Virus record (IMG/VR): IMGVR_UViG_3300023174_000037
Direction: 5' to 3' (one strand)
Length of the DNA stretch: 64,000 nucleotides
Origin: a virus
Taxonomy: Duplodnaviria > Caudoviricetes
Part shown: positions 17,366 to 27,236 of the stretch, one piece after another
How positions within the stretch are numbered: position 1 is the stretch's first letter
How the letters are laid out: every line of letters starts with the position of its first letter
Notes under the pieces: model-generated
The model's input: only the letters and a program-made list of their open reading frames with translations
Told to the model about the DNA's origin: nothing
Databases searched by the model: none
Position numbers and translations under genes: made by a program

Positions 17366-18395
17366 CTACCAACCCCAGTTCTACAGCCCTGTTGTAAACC
17401 TGTTCACTGGCCAAGTTCTTGCCCTTGCTTTCACATTGGATATCAAAACGATCCCAAAAACTCAATGCCCAGTCTGTTACTGGTTGATTCCAATAAAAAT
17501 CACTGTGCGCCCGCATCTTTTGTTTTTTGTAGCCTGATTCCAACAACAATGCATGATCCGGAAGAATATCTATAGCATGATCTACCAACACATCTTCACG
17601 ACTCACGCTGTAATGTAGTGCAGGTCTAACACCACGCCATGAATCAATTACACGATCAAGTCTATGGTCGGTGGCCTGAATGTATTCTCCAGTACGGATC
17701 CAGTGGTGGTGTATGTCAAGCACAAGGGCACAATCGTTGGCAAGCTCGAGACTGCTGTCGATTCCCCAGGCGTTTTCGTCGTTTTCGATTGTGATGCAGT
17801 TTCTTGCTTCGGGAGATAACCGTCGGAGGGCATCGCGAATACCGGCGGGACCGCGTTTACCCGAAATGTGGACATTGATTTTGAAGTCTTGAAACGTCCG
17901 ACCGTATCCCATCCATCTGACCATATCAGCATGATATTCAAACTCCTCTACACTTCTATTTACAATACCTTCGTTCTCTGATGCCAGCACACAGAACTGT
18001 CCTGGGTGAAAACTAAGTCTAACATCTAGTCTGCGAGCCGTTTCGCCAATAGGAGCAAAAATCCGTTCCAGATGGTCTTGTATTTCTCTACGTTGCCACC
18101 AGGCTTGCCAATCCTTCTCAGTGTAGCCTTGCAACATTTCACTGCCCAGTCGAACCATTCTACGATTGGCCGGCAAGCTGGCCACACGCTCAATCAACTT
18201 GACTGCGGCTGTAGTATTGTGGTTCATGATGTCCCACTGCCGTTGTTCGGCTTCGGCTGGATGCTCACGCAACCAGCGCATGGTAGTTGAACGCCCGTTA
18301 AGGTCTCGATCCACTGCATTGACTTTCATACCGCCACATTCGGACGGGTCATTTAGCCATTTGCAACAGAAACCAATACGCTTTAGTGTAGTCAT
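17334..18395 (-). CDS. uvsE: UV damage endonuclease
   Basis: RIGFCCK, RLGSEML, RLSFHPGQF, INVHISG, TIENDE, LDIHHH, HYS, RAHSD, ESKGK. Confidence 0.93.
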   Translation of the reverse strand: MTTLKRIGFCCKWLNDPSECGGMKVNAVDRDLNGRSTTMRWLREHPAEAEQRQWDIMNHNTTAAVKLIERVASLPANRRMVRLGSEMLQGYTEKDWQAWWQRREIQDHLERIFAPIGETARRLDVRLSFHPGQFCVLASENEGIVNRSVEEFEYHADMVRWMGYGRTFQDFKINVHISGKRGPAGIRDALRRLSPEARNCITIENDENAWGIDSSLELANDCALVLDIHHHWIRTGEYIQATDHRLDRVIDSWRGVRPALHYSVSREDVLVDHAIDILPDHALLLESGYKKQKMRAHSDFYWNQPVTDWALSFWDRFDIQCESKGKNLASEQVYNRAVELGLVDDTVKTLAAA

Positions 18396-18401
18396 ACTGC
18401 T

Positions 18402-18430
18402 ATTATACGGCAGTGCAACTTGTTTGTCAA
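18402..18430 (-). promoter_or_regulatory. Consensus sigma70 promoter of uvsE (leaderless)
   Basis: TTGACA-17bp-TATAAT then 6 nt to ATG; no SD. Confidence 0.8.
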
Positions 18431-18984
18431 CTGTTAGTTAGTGCTAAAACGGTATCCATAGTGTCAGTGACCAAATTTTCCAAAGCAAGCAACGATGGTG
18501 CCAATGGTTCAGCATGATCCACTACTACCCATTGTGTTTGGCTGTAATCTTTTATGGCCTGATGAAACAGGTTACGATGGTGCTGTGCTTGATTTGATTC
18601 CAATCGATCTGAATTTGATTTTAATTTGGTTAGATCCCAGCCCAACAGCAACACAATATCACTGGTGGTTGCAGCCAAATGCAGTGCTACAATTTCTTCT
18701 TGCCTGATCACATCATGCACAAAATCACCAGCATACAATCGAACTCCGGGTGGGCGCCCTAACAATACATTTATCGAATCAGGCACATAAAAATTACAAC
18801 GTTCTTGGAACTTGCGTTTGATCAATTCATCTGCCTTGGCTTGGTTGTGGCATATTACATTGTCTGTTTGATAGGCCCGCCAAGTGCGCCACGAACCCCA
18901 AATTGGTCCTAGCTTTTTGAGAGCATCAATATTTTGGGTAGGATCTAACTCCGCACCGTCGGCTATTACCCAACTGATATTCAT
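18427..18984 (-). CDS. Hypothetical protein, weak MptE/Maf-like (DUF115) signature
   Basis: LHLAA....IVLLLGWD resembles the A..LG..I.LLG.D motif. Confidence 0.4.
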   Translation of the reverse strand: MNISWVIADGAELDPTQNIDALKKLGPIWGSWRTWRAYQTDNVICHNQAKADELIKRKFQERCNFYVPDSINVLLGRPPGVRLYAGDFVHDVIRQEEIVALHLAATTSDIVLLLGWDLTKLKSNSDRLESNQAQHHRNLFHQAIKDYSQTQWVVVDHAEPLAPSLLALENLVTDTMDTVLALTNS

Positions 18985-20261
18985 TCGGCGCTTTTAAGAG
19001 TTTTCCAACGATGTCCACCTATGCACACCCAGGCAAAAATAGGAGAATCGTTGGAATCTGAATTGAATACTATATCGCCTTTGGTACCCGAGTATCCAGG
19101 AACTTGTGGTGCGTGAGCAATACGATGCAGGCCAACTTGCAGTTGTTTTATTCGTGTCAAGCCGTCCGATGTAAGTTCAATCTGTGGTTGTCTATTAACT
19201 CCAATAACAATGCCTTGTGCTCTATTAGTTCCAATATAGGCTTCATTGGCTTTGTTCTTGCCAATCACTATACTGACTTCTTCGTCCCACACGCTCAATG
19301 CCATTTCTGGACTCACTGTGTTTACACCTATGCGCTTGTTTAACACCGCCAAAGTTTGATTGTTAAATGTAGACTCTCCAGCAACAGTTAATGTTGTTAA
19401 CGTACCTAATGATTTTATGTTTGTATCCGTGATGTTTTTTGCCAAGGTGTTACCATTAACTAACAACTCTCCGTTAATTTTAACAGAATCAAAATCAATA
19501 CCGTTGGATTTTATTTCTTCTGCTACTTGTGCTGTTAATAATGTTTTCCATTTGTCCGACAGTCGATTGATTGTTTTTTCACTAATACCCTCTGCTAATA
19601 AATCCCAACTTGGATTGTCGATGTTGACGGACCCTTTGACCACAAGATCTTTTATAACTGCCGCATTGCTAACATTTAAATCACGTGCGGTTAATTCATT
19701 GTTAACCACAGTGGAATCATCTGTTATAGTTAGCTGACAAGAACCGGCCTGATCACTGATTCCTGTGCTGGCAAAATTATCCAGTAGGTCTTGCTGAAAC
19801 GCAGTCATGTGTTCATCAACTCGTTGTTTGATAATTGGATTTAGATCAATTTGCCCAAACTGCCGAACCACCTGATTAACCACGGCTTGATTAATTTGCT
19901 GTTCAATTTTGGCTAACCATACAGGATCCTTACCTAACACCTCAACAGAACTGTCAACCAATTGTTCTACAGCAACATCAATGGTATTTTTAATAGCAAT
20001 CTTGTCTACATATTGGTCAATGCCTGGAACCGCGCCATTTTTAAATAGTTCGTTAACACTTGATTTAACGGTGTCGGTTATTTCAGGCAGGTATTCTGCG
20101 TTGGCAAATTTTGCCATAACACGGGCTTGCACAAATTCAACTATTTGTTGTTCAAATGAATTTAGCCACTCCTCTGATCCTAGAGCAGCAGAAACTTGCT
20201 CGTTGACTTGTTCTGTAATTTGTTGTCGTACTAGTTGCTCAATGGCCGCTGTATCAAGCAT
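18981..20261 (-). CDS. Hypothetical protein, helical N-terminus plus fibre-like beta C-terminus
   Basis: 426 aa coupled to the amidinotransferase; RIGVNT.SP..ALSV and G.KGDIVFN...FAWVC motifs are seen in phage fibres. Confidence 0.5.
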   Translation of the reverse strand: MLDTAAIEQLVRQQITEQVNEQVSAALGSEEWLNSFEQQIVEFVQARVMAKFANAEYLPEITDTVKSSVNELFKNGAVPGIDQYVDKIAIKNTIDVAVEQLVDSSVEVLGKDPVWLAKIEQQINQAVVNQVVRQFGQIDLNPIIKQRVDEHMTAFQQDLLDNFASTGISDQAGSCQLTITDDSTVVNNELTARDLNVSNAAVIKDLVVKGSVNIDNPSWDLLAEGISEKTINRLSDKWKTLLTAQVAEEIKSNGIDFDSVKINGELLVNGNTLAKNITDTNIKSLGTLTTLTVAGESTFNNQTLAVLNKRIGVNTVSPEMALSVWDEEVSIVIGKNKANEAYIGTNRAQGIVIGVNRQPQIELTSDGLTRIKQLQVGLHRIAHAPQVPGYSGTKGDIVFNSDSNDSPIFAWVCIGGHRWKTLKSAE

Positions 20262-21177
20262 GGTGTCTCCGTGTATCTAAAGTAACACAATGAAATCCGC
20301 CGCCCAAGGTCCTACTATGACTCAAGGTTAAAGGAATACTGTCAATGCCGTGTTGCTTTAGTATAGTAATTAGCTCGGTTTGAGCTGCATCTATTATAAC
20401 TGTTTCTGGATTCACTGCCAGCATATTCATGGCTATCCATTTTGATGCATATGGATACTGATAAAAATCTTGTGCCACAATTTGATCTTCTGTGACATAA
20501 ATTTTTTCCCAGTCACGAAATGCTTGGGGACAGTTATCTTTGTTTACTCGGCCTGCGTTTAACAATACTAATCCTTCACGCAACGGTGTAATTGTGCTGT
20601 CAATATGCACACCAGCGTAAAAGTTTACCAGCTCAATTGTGATTTTAGGAAACTGTTCACACAACCATTCATACGCGGCTCGGTTACCCGATGCTGACTC
20701 TAAGAATAACCAAGTATCACCTAATCTACAAATGTTTGCCGCATCTAATGTCATGCCCTGATCTCTTGGCATAGTTAATACTTGTTGAGCGTCATCTAAT
20801 AGGCGTGTGTAGTTGGCTATTTCTTGATTGCGGCAAGGGTACATCATGTTGCAATCAACCACAGTGTTGCCAGCTACTAACAAGCGGTCTCTAGGACAAT
20901 AGTTATACATTCCGTTTGCTGCAACAAAATCCATGGGCTTGGGTCTATAAACTGTGGCGCCGTTGCGAGCCAATGTTTCTGACAAAATGTCAAGTTCTCT
21001 ATTGGCTTGATCTACAATAAACTGTGGAACTGGACCGCTGGCTGCTGGCGATTCAGTCCATAAGCTGTTGCGAGCTTCTTCGGCAAACACCGGATCAGTC
21101 ATGGGCCAATTGGCTCCAGTGGCTGTGCCTACTATGATGGCTTGTAACGGATCCCACTCATTACGACTATTAATCAT
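20254..21177 (-). CDS. Amidinotransferase (glycine/inosamine-phosphate amidinotransferase family)
   Basis: NEWDPL..IIVG, YCPRD, HIDST, NML, GGGFHCVTLD (catalytic Cys). Confidence 0.88.
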   Translation of the reverse strand: MINSRNEWDPLQAIIVGTATGANWPMTDPVFAEEARNSLWTESPAASGPVPQFIVDQANRELDILSETLARNGATVYRPKPMDFVAANGMYNYCPRDRLLVAGNTVVDCNMMYPCRNQEIANYTRLLDDAQQVLTMPRDQGMTLDAANICRLGDTWLFLESASGNRAAYEWLCEQFPKITIELVNFYAGVHIDSTITPLREGLVLLNAGRVNKDNCPQAFRDWEKIYVTEDQIVAQDFYQYPYASKWIAMNMLAVNPETVIIDAAQTELITILKQHGIDSIPLTLSHSRTLGGGFHCVTLDTRRHHA

Positions 21178-21691
21178 CGACGTGTCCTGTAATTTGTAAC
21201 GTGTATCTTGGAGTTAATCCTAAATTGGCGGCCATGTGCGGAGTGTCATATTTCCATTCAACCACACTTCCGGCCTTCCAATTCACATAGGCTCGATCTT
21301 GATATTCAGCATAGTGCCCTGGCTGCCAATCTTCTAAAAATACTATGGCACGGCGTATGGTATGCTCGCGACCTTGGAGTCCAAATAAATCAATGTATTT
21401 TAAATACAAATCACTGTGTGTCGGCAATACAGTGCCGGTGTTCATTCTATAATAACTGGTTCCAACATCTTGCCATCCTTGCCCTTGAAACATTTCTACA
21501 AATCTTGTATTCCAACTGGGTTGTGGGCTACGCATGTCGCACATGTCACCAGTGAACTTGGGCATGTATCCTTGTTGTCTCCAGGTAGCAATAAGAGCAT
21601 GATCATTAAATGCTTCCTGAACATAGGATAATTTTGTGTATTCGTTATCCCAAAATGGATATAATTGATACTTGTGTATAGATTGTGTCAT
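21170..21691 (-). CDS. 2OG-Fe(II)/Asp-beta-hydroxylase-like cupin oxygenase (start corrected to 21691)
   Basis: LPTHSD, PHMAAN, RYTLQITG. Confidence 0.7.
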   Translation of the reverse strand: MTQSIHKYQLYPFWDNEYTKLSYVQEAFNDHALIATWRQQGYMPKFTGDMCDMRSPQPSWNTRFVEMFQGQGWQDVGTSYYRMNTGTVLPTHSDLYLKYIDLFGLQGREHTIRRAIVFLEDWQPGHYAEYQDRAYVNWKAGSVVEWKYDTPHMAANLGLTPRYTLQITGHVDD

Positions 21692-21735
21692 AATTTTAAT
21701 TGTAGTGTGTTGCTGACTGAGTAAATATGTGTCCA

Positions 21736-23028
21736 ATGAGCATTCCTTTAGACCAGCTATACCATTATATTGAAAATGTTGCCCAGAAAATTTACAATGA
21801 TCGTATAATAATTTATCGATTTTATCCACATGGCTCAAAAAATATCAACGAATTAAACAATCTACACGAGTCAGACACTTGGTGTGACAAAATAATGTAT
21901 CCTAAATTATGGTGCAATGATCAAGAACCGTTGGATTATGAGTTTTATAAAACTCATATTAGGCCCATGAGTGATGTCAAATGGAGGTCCATTTTAACGT
22001 CAGTTGATTTATATCGTCCTCCTACAAATTTAAACTATCATCAAAGTAGCTTGTTTAAAAAAGGACTGTTGTTACACAGTGAAAAAAGATCTGCCAATTT
22101 AAAAAAATATCAAAATGATGATGAATTAATCTCAGTCTACTACTGGAGCCATGCTGTAATAGCTCGAGACTGGTTTAGATATGCCGAGCATGTATCGCAA
22201 ACCAAGAATCCCAACAAAACATTTTTGATTTACAATCGTGCCTGGAGTAACACAAGAGAGTACCGTTTACGATTTGCTGAATTATTAATACATCTAAATT
22301 TACAAGAACATTGTAAAACCAGTGTTAATTCCATTGAACCTGAGTTAGGACTACACTACGATTCGCATACTTTTAAAAATCCTCAATGGAGACCGCAAAC
22401 TGCATTAGAAAACTATTTTCCAGTTAGTAATGCTCATAGTCACTACAGCGCCGACTTTGACATTGAAGATTATGAGTCTACCGATATTGAAGTGGTATTA
22501 GAAACGTTGTTTGATGATGACCGCTTACAGTTGACTGAAAAAAGTTTAAGACCTATTGCTTGTGCTCAACCTTTTATACTTGCCGGCACACACGGTAGTT
22601 TAGAATACCTAAGAAGCTACGGATTTAAAACCTTTAGTGACGTCTGGGACGAAAGTTATGATCTAGTAGAAGATCCTGCTGAACGGTTGATACAGATTGC
22701 CGAGCTTATGAAATACATTTCAAATTGGTCAACAGATCAGCGTGAACGCAACATAGCCCAAGCACAGGCCATTGCTGACTACAATCGACAACATTTTTTT
22801 AGTCAAGAGTTTTTTGATTTGGTTACCAATGAATTAAAAACAAATTTAACATCGGCATTTGACATTCTTGCTCGATGTGATAACTATCAACCATGGATTA
22901 CATTATGGAAAAAATTATTAACATATCCAGAAGTAGTTGATTTTTTAAAAAACAATAAAACCAGTCCAACACTGTTGGATATAGATTTTGTAATTCAAAT
23001 TGCTCAAAATAAACTAACGCATTCATGA
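21736..23028 (+). CDS. Hypothetical protein, probable glycosyltransferase-like
   Basis: VVLETLF....LTEKSLRPI..QPFILAG...LEYLRSYGFKTF, a GT-B-like C-terminal signature frequent in large phages. Confidence 0.45.
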   Translation: MSIPLDQLYHYIENVAQKIYNDRIIIYRFYPHGSKNINELNNLHESDTWCDKIMYPKLWCNDQEPLDYEFYKTHIRPMSDVKWRSILTSVDLYRPPTNLNYHQSSLFKKGLLLHSEKRSANLKKYQNDDELISVYYWSHAVIARDWFRYAEHVSQTKNPNKTFLIYNRAWSNTREYRLRFAELLIHLNLQEHCKTSVNSIEPELGLHYDSHTFKNPQWRPQTALENYFPVSNAHSHYSADFDIEDYESTDIEVVLETLFDDDRLQLTEKSLRPIACAQPFILAGTHGSLEYLRSYGFKTFSDVWDESYDLVEDPAERLIQIAELMKYISNWSTDQRERNIAQAQAIADYNRQHFFSQEFFDLVTNELKTNLTSAFDILARCDNYQPWITLWKKLLTYPEVVDFLKNNKTSPTLLDIDFVIQIAQNKLTHS

Positions 23029-23390
23029 AACTATTATTAGGCATTGTCTTATTAGTGTTGTCTTTAACCACACATGCAGATTCTCGCGAATGGACCACAG
23101 AAGAAAAAATATGGGGTGCTACTACTGGAGTATTATTGGCTGCTGACTGGGCCACCACTCGTAATATGACACACAGATACAACGAAGGTTATTATGAACG
23201 TAACCCGTTACTGTCTCGACAACCCAGTGCCAACGCTGTAAATTTATATTTTTTAGCCGTAACTCCAATGGTATTCATGGCCGCTGATTATTTTAGTAAC
23301 TATCGCAAAGAAATCCTACAAGCAACCAGTCTAATAGAATTAATTATGGTTGGCAATAATCTTAGAATAGGATTAAAATTCCAATTTTAA
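23025..23390 (+). CDS. Secreted/membrane hypothetical protein
   Basis: Signal peptide; D..TT......YYERNPLL motif. Confidence 0.6.
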   Translation: MKLLLGIVLLVLSLTTHADSREWTTEEKIWGATTGVLLAADWATTRNMTHRYNEGYYERNPLLSRQPSANAVNLYFLAVTPMVFMAADYFSNYRKEILQATSLIELIMVGNNLRIGLKFQF

Positions 23391-23461
23391 AGCTACTCAT
23401 TTATAGCATATGTTTATGCGGCACTGCAAGAGATATATACATAGATAAAGGAGTCTTATAG

Positions 23462-23896
23462 ATGAGTACGAAATTTTCACATGTTAAAGGGTCTGAAGTA
23501 GAGTTTAAAGGCGGTGGGTTACGTGACTTTTTTTTATACAAAGACCTCGGCGTAGCCGATGCCACTAACGGTCGTGTTCTAGCACACATTACCCGAGCCA
23601 ACTTGCCCCCAGAGAATTCAGGAGGCACAGGTTGGCACATTCACGTGGCTGAGTTTCAAATTGTTTATATGCTAAAGGGCTGGGCCAAGTTCATGTATGA
23701 AGACAAGATACATCTAGTAGAAGCTGGTGATTGTGTTCAACAACGCCCGGGCATTGTGCATTATCTGTATGACTACAGTCCGGACATGGAATATCTTGAA
23801 GTTATCATGCCTGCAGATTACGGCACGGTGCCAGCTGAGGCACCATGTGATATACCTCCTGTTGGGCCATGGGGAGTAATTGATGGACAAGAATGA
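23462..23896 (+). CDS. Cupin domain protein
   Basis: GWHIHVAEFQIVYMLKG and AGDCVQQRPGIVH cupin motifs. Confidence 0.85.
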   Translation: MSTKFSHVKGSEVEFKGGGLRDFFLYKDLGVADATNGRVLAHITRANLPPENSGGTGWHIHVAEFQIVYMLKGWAKFMYEDKIHLVEAGDCVQQRPGIVHYLYDYSPDMEYLEVIMPADYGTVPAEAPCDIPPVGPWGVIDGQE

Positions 23897-24479
23897 GGCA
23901 ACATTAGTTTACATACATGGCGCCAGTGCAACCAGTGAAAGTTTCAACTATATCAGAACTAAATTAGGCAAGGGCATTGACGTCAATTACGATAGCCGTA
24001 ATGGGTTTGAAAATAATCTTGCGGAAATAATTGAGCAACTTAAAAATGTCAAAGACATATTTTTTATAGCACATAGCCTGGGCGGCATTTATTCATTGCA
24101 TATTGCCAATGCTATTCCCATGCAAGTGCTGGGTGCTGTTACACTTAGCACACCGTATGGCGGTGCCGAAGTGGCAGACGTTGCCAAATATTTTTTACCG
24201 TTTAGCAGACTCATGAGAGATATTGGTCCCAACAGTTGGGTAATGAAACAAGCAGATAAGATCAAAATACAGCATCCATGGACCAATGTGGTCACTGTCA
24301 AGGGACAAAGTCCCTTTATTGCGGAGCCCAATGATGGTGTAGTAACCATTGATAGCCAACGCCATCATGTGGACATGGAATTAGTGGATGTGGACTACAA
24401 TCATTATGAAGTGTTACAGGCCGAGTCTGTGGTTAAACTTATTAAATTAAAAAAAGATTACTTTGAAGTAGCCCTGTAG
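23880..24479 (+). CDS. Alpha/beta hydrolase (lipase/esterase-like)
   Basis: YIHG, AHSLGG nucleophile elbow, NDGVV, NHYEV. Confidence 0.85.
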   Translation: MMDKNEATLVYIHGASATSESFNYIRTKLGKGIDVNYDSRNGFENNLAEIIEQLKNVKDIFFIAHSLGGIYSLHIANAIPMQVLGAVTLSTPYGGAEVADVAKYFLPFSRLMRDIGPNSWVMKQADKIKIQHPWTNVVTVKGQSPFIAEPNDGVVTIDSQRHHVDMELVDVDYNHYEVLQAESVVKLIKLKKDYFEVAL

Positions 24480-26470
24480 GTGCCATCCCAATCTGTGGGT
24501 TTACCTGCGGTAAGCCTTTCAGACATGTTATCATAATAATCCTTCATCTCAGGAGAAGCATTTTTACACAATGGTATTAGTGTGAGTGCTTTTTTCCAAT
24601 CGCCTGCATAATACAATGCCAAGAACTGACGATGCTGTTCTGTTTCGTGCGCCAGTGTGTAAATTATCACACCTTCTTTTTTACCTTTGACCGCAATTTT
24701 GTCCAGCTCAAAGATATCGTATTCGTCCTTGACATACTCTGCAGTCGTTGTCCCAAGTACGATTCTGACGCCGTAGTTCTTACTCTGTCCCTCCAAGCGG
24801 GATGCCAGATTAACACCGTCGCCCAGACAAGTATAGTCAAACCGTTGATCAGATCCCATATTACCCACCACAACAGTGTCGGTATTAATTCCAAGGCCCA
24901 TACCAAATGCTGGTACGCCTTCTGCTGTAACTTCTTGATTAAATTCATCCAATGACTCCATCATTTGTAGTGCTGTTCGTACGGCATCTTTAGCGTGTTG
25001 AGTGTTGTCCAACGGTGCATTCCAGAATGCCATTTGTGCATCACCAATGTATTTGTCTAGTGTACCTTTGTTTTCAAGAATCTTCTTAGTCATTGCTGTC
25101 ATATAGCGATTCATGATTCGAGTTAGGCCCTGAACGTCTTTACCGTAGTGTTCACTGATACTGGTAAAGCCGCGCACATCGGTGAACATAATTGATAATT
25201 CTCGACTGTCACCACCCAACACCAGCAGGTCAGGGTTGCGTTGTAGTTGTGCCACTAGATCTGGACTTAGGTAGGTTCCAAACTGTTTCTTTATTTGTTG
25301 TTTGGCTAAGAATTCAGATACAAACTTAACACCATAAGCATGGAGAAGCACAAGCACAAGCCCAGCGAGCGGAATAGTTGCATCCAAAAGCCAAGCATGA
25401 GTTCTATACATCCAACTAGAAAATAGTAAACCGCCGCCGAGTAACAAAATAGAGCAAGAAATCCCAACATATATCCACCTTGATAAAAATAATAACGCAA
25501 CACCAGCTACCAATATAAAAATAATTTCAGCGCCGTCAGCCCAATCGGGTCTAGTAATAGCAGGTCTGTCTCGATTGGCAATCACGGTGCCGATTACAGC
25601 AGCTTGTAAATCTTGTGGTAACATTTCACCCAGGCTGGTAGCCACTGGGTTGGACAGGCCCACGGCACTGACTCCTACAATAACTATCTCGCCGTTGAAA
25701 TCTTGAGGCAAGTTGGTTAAACTATATCTATCTGGAACAAGCGACCAATCAATCCATATACGACTTAGGCTATCTGTAGCAATAGGACCAAACTTGGGAA
25801 TACGCATTTTCTCAACGCCCGTCTCATTTATCTTGACTTGGAATGTGGTATCGCCCGCAGCCACACGCATTACTTCCATGGCAAGACTAGGATACAGTCG
25901 ACCTTGGCTATCAGCCACCATTGGCATACGGCGAACAACTCCATCCACTTCAGGCAGTGTGTTTACTAACCCAACACCCACGGCGGCATTTTCCACAGCA
26001 GGTACGTTGGCAATAATACCAGGATATGTAATAAACGGTCTCTCAAACGGACCAATTACAGCCGATCCCGGAACCTTTGGAGTATTGCGTGAAGTCTGTG
26101 ATCCAACATTAGGAAGAATTGTCGGGTACTGGCGTAGTGCCTGGATGTAGGCCGCGTCCTGTCCCATGCGATCACGATCAGGAGTAAGGACGTTAAAAAC
26201 AACAAGACCTGCATTACGGCGATAAAGTTCTCGAATAATTGAACCGTATATATCTCGGGAAAAAGGAAATTGACCATATTGTTCCACTGCCTTTTCATCA
26301 ATGTTTACTACACTTACTCCAATTGTTTCAGCAGGTTTACTGGTTATCAGTGTGTCAAAGTAACGTAGTCTTACGCTTTCAACAAATGAGGGATCTGCTA
26401 TACGTATACCCACTACTAACGCTAGGGTTAGTAGAGCAGTCCATGGACTTGTTAATATTTTTTTAAGCAT
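24458..26470 (-). CDS. CHASE2-domain class III adenylate cyclase (start probably 26470)
   Basis: N-terminal TM, CHASE2 (GQFPFSR, DGVVRRMP), three TMs, catalytic FTDVRGFT, LDKYIGDA (ATP-specifying Lys), FDYTCLGDGVNLASRLEG. Confidence 0.93.
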   Translation of the reverse strand: MLKKILTSPWTALLTLALVVGIRIADPSFVESVRLRYFDTLITSKPAETIGVSVVNIDEKAVEQYGQFPFSRDIYGSIIRELYRRNAGLVVFNVLTPDRDRMGQDAAYIQALRQYPTILPNVGSQTSRNTPKVPGSAVIGPFERPFITYPGIIANVPAVENAAVGVGLVNTLPEVDGVVRRMPMVADSQGRLYPSLAMEVMRVAAGDTTFQVKINETGVEKMRIPKFGPIATDSLSRIWIDWSLVPDRYSLTNLPQDFNGEIVIVGVSAVGLSNPVATSLGEMLPQDLQAAVIGTVIANRDRPAITRPDWADGAEIIFILVAGVALLFLSRWIYVGISCSILLLGGGLLFSSWMYRTHAWLLDATIPLAGLVLVLLHAYGVKFVSEFLAKQQIKKQFGTYLSPDLVAQLQRNPDLLVLGGDSRELSIMFTDVRGFTSISEHYGKDVQGLTRIMNRYMTAMTKKILENKGTLDKYIGDAQMAFWNAPLDNTQHAKDAVRTALQMMESLDEFNQEVTAEGVPAFGMGLGINTDTVVVGNMGSDQRFDYTCLGDGVNLASRLEGQSKNYGVRIVLGTTTAEYVKDEYDIFELDKIAVKGKKEGVIIYTLAHETEQHRQFLALYYAGDWKKALTLIPLCKNASPEMKDYYDNMSERLTAGKPTDWDGTYRATSK

Positions 26471-26650
26471 TGAGTATTTAACAGTCATGGTTAGAGAGTT
26501 TCTGTTTTTACTTGTTCTTCTGGTAAATCATTATAGTTGTGTCTGCGGCAAGTTTTCATGTAGGTTTTAGCATCGCCAACTTTGGATACTAACTGGCAAG
26601 GTTCTTTGCAATCAGCGACTTGGCATATTGGTGGAACATCTATTATCATA

Positions 26651-27235
26651 TTATCTACTTATGTAACTCCAAGGTTGTGTGCCACAACTATTGCCACACG
26701 TGATATTCATGCTGGATTGATTGGCATTGTTAGGATTGGTCTGTTCAATGGTAACGTTGGTGTTCCATCCATTCAGCCCAAGGTTAAAAGTTTTGTTTGC
26801 ACCTGCGCCACCTGTTTGTAATGTATTGATGGTATTGCCATTGTTTTGTGATCCAGCGGCTCCAACAATTTCCATAGTATGATTACCAGCACCACCTTGA
26901 TCGATTGTAATGCTATTGCCAATGCCATTTAAATTTGTAATAGACGCGGTATGGTTTCCAGCGCCTTGTTGAAGTATGTTAACACTGTTGTTGAAGCCGC
27001 CTGGAATGTTAACTGTGGCCGTTTTTGCACCAGAGTCTTTCTGATCAATGGCAACAACAGTGTTATCAACTGCAGATGTCAATCCCATGGTGACTGTTGC
27101 TGAATGACCTGTACCATCTTGTAATACTGTTACAGAATTATAACTGCCAATTTGCTCTATGTAGATTGAATTTTGGGTTTGTGCATACGTGTTGGTTGAC
27201 AGTAACGCCGCAATGATTAGGTAACAGTATTTCAT
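26651..27235 (-). CDS. Curlin-like repeat protein (CsgB/CsgA-like), secreted
   Basis: Signal peptide; repeats NSIYIEQIGSYNSVTVLQDG, QQGAGNH, DQGGAGNH; C-terminal CGNSC. Confidence 0.7.
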   Translation of the reverse strand: MKYCYLIIAALLSTNTYAQTQNSIYIEQIGSYNSVTVLQDGTGHSATVTMGLTSAVDNTVVAIDQKDSGAKTATVNIPGGFNNSVNILQQGAGNHTASITNLNGIGNSITIDQGGAGNHTMEIVGAAGSQNNGNTINTLQTGGAGANKTFNLGLNGWNTNVTIEQTNPNNANQSSMNITCGNSCGTQPWSYISR

Positions 27236-27236
27236 A

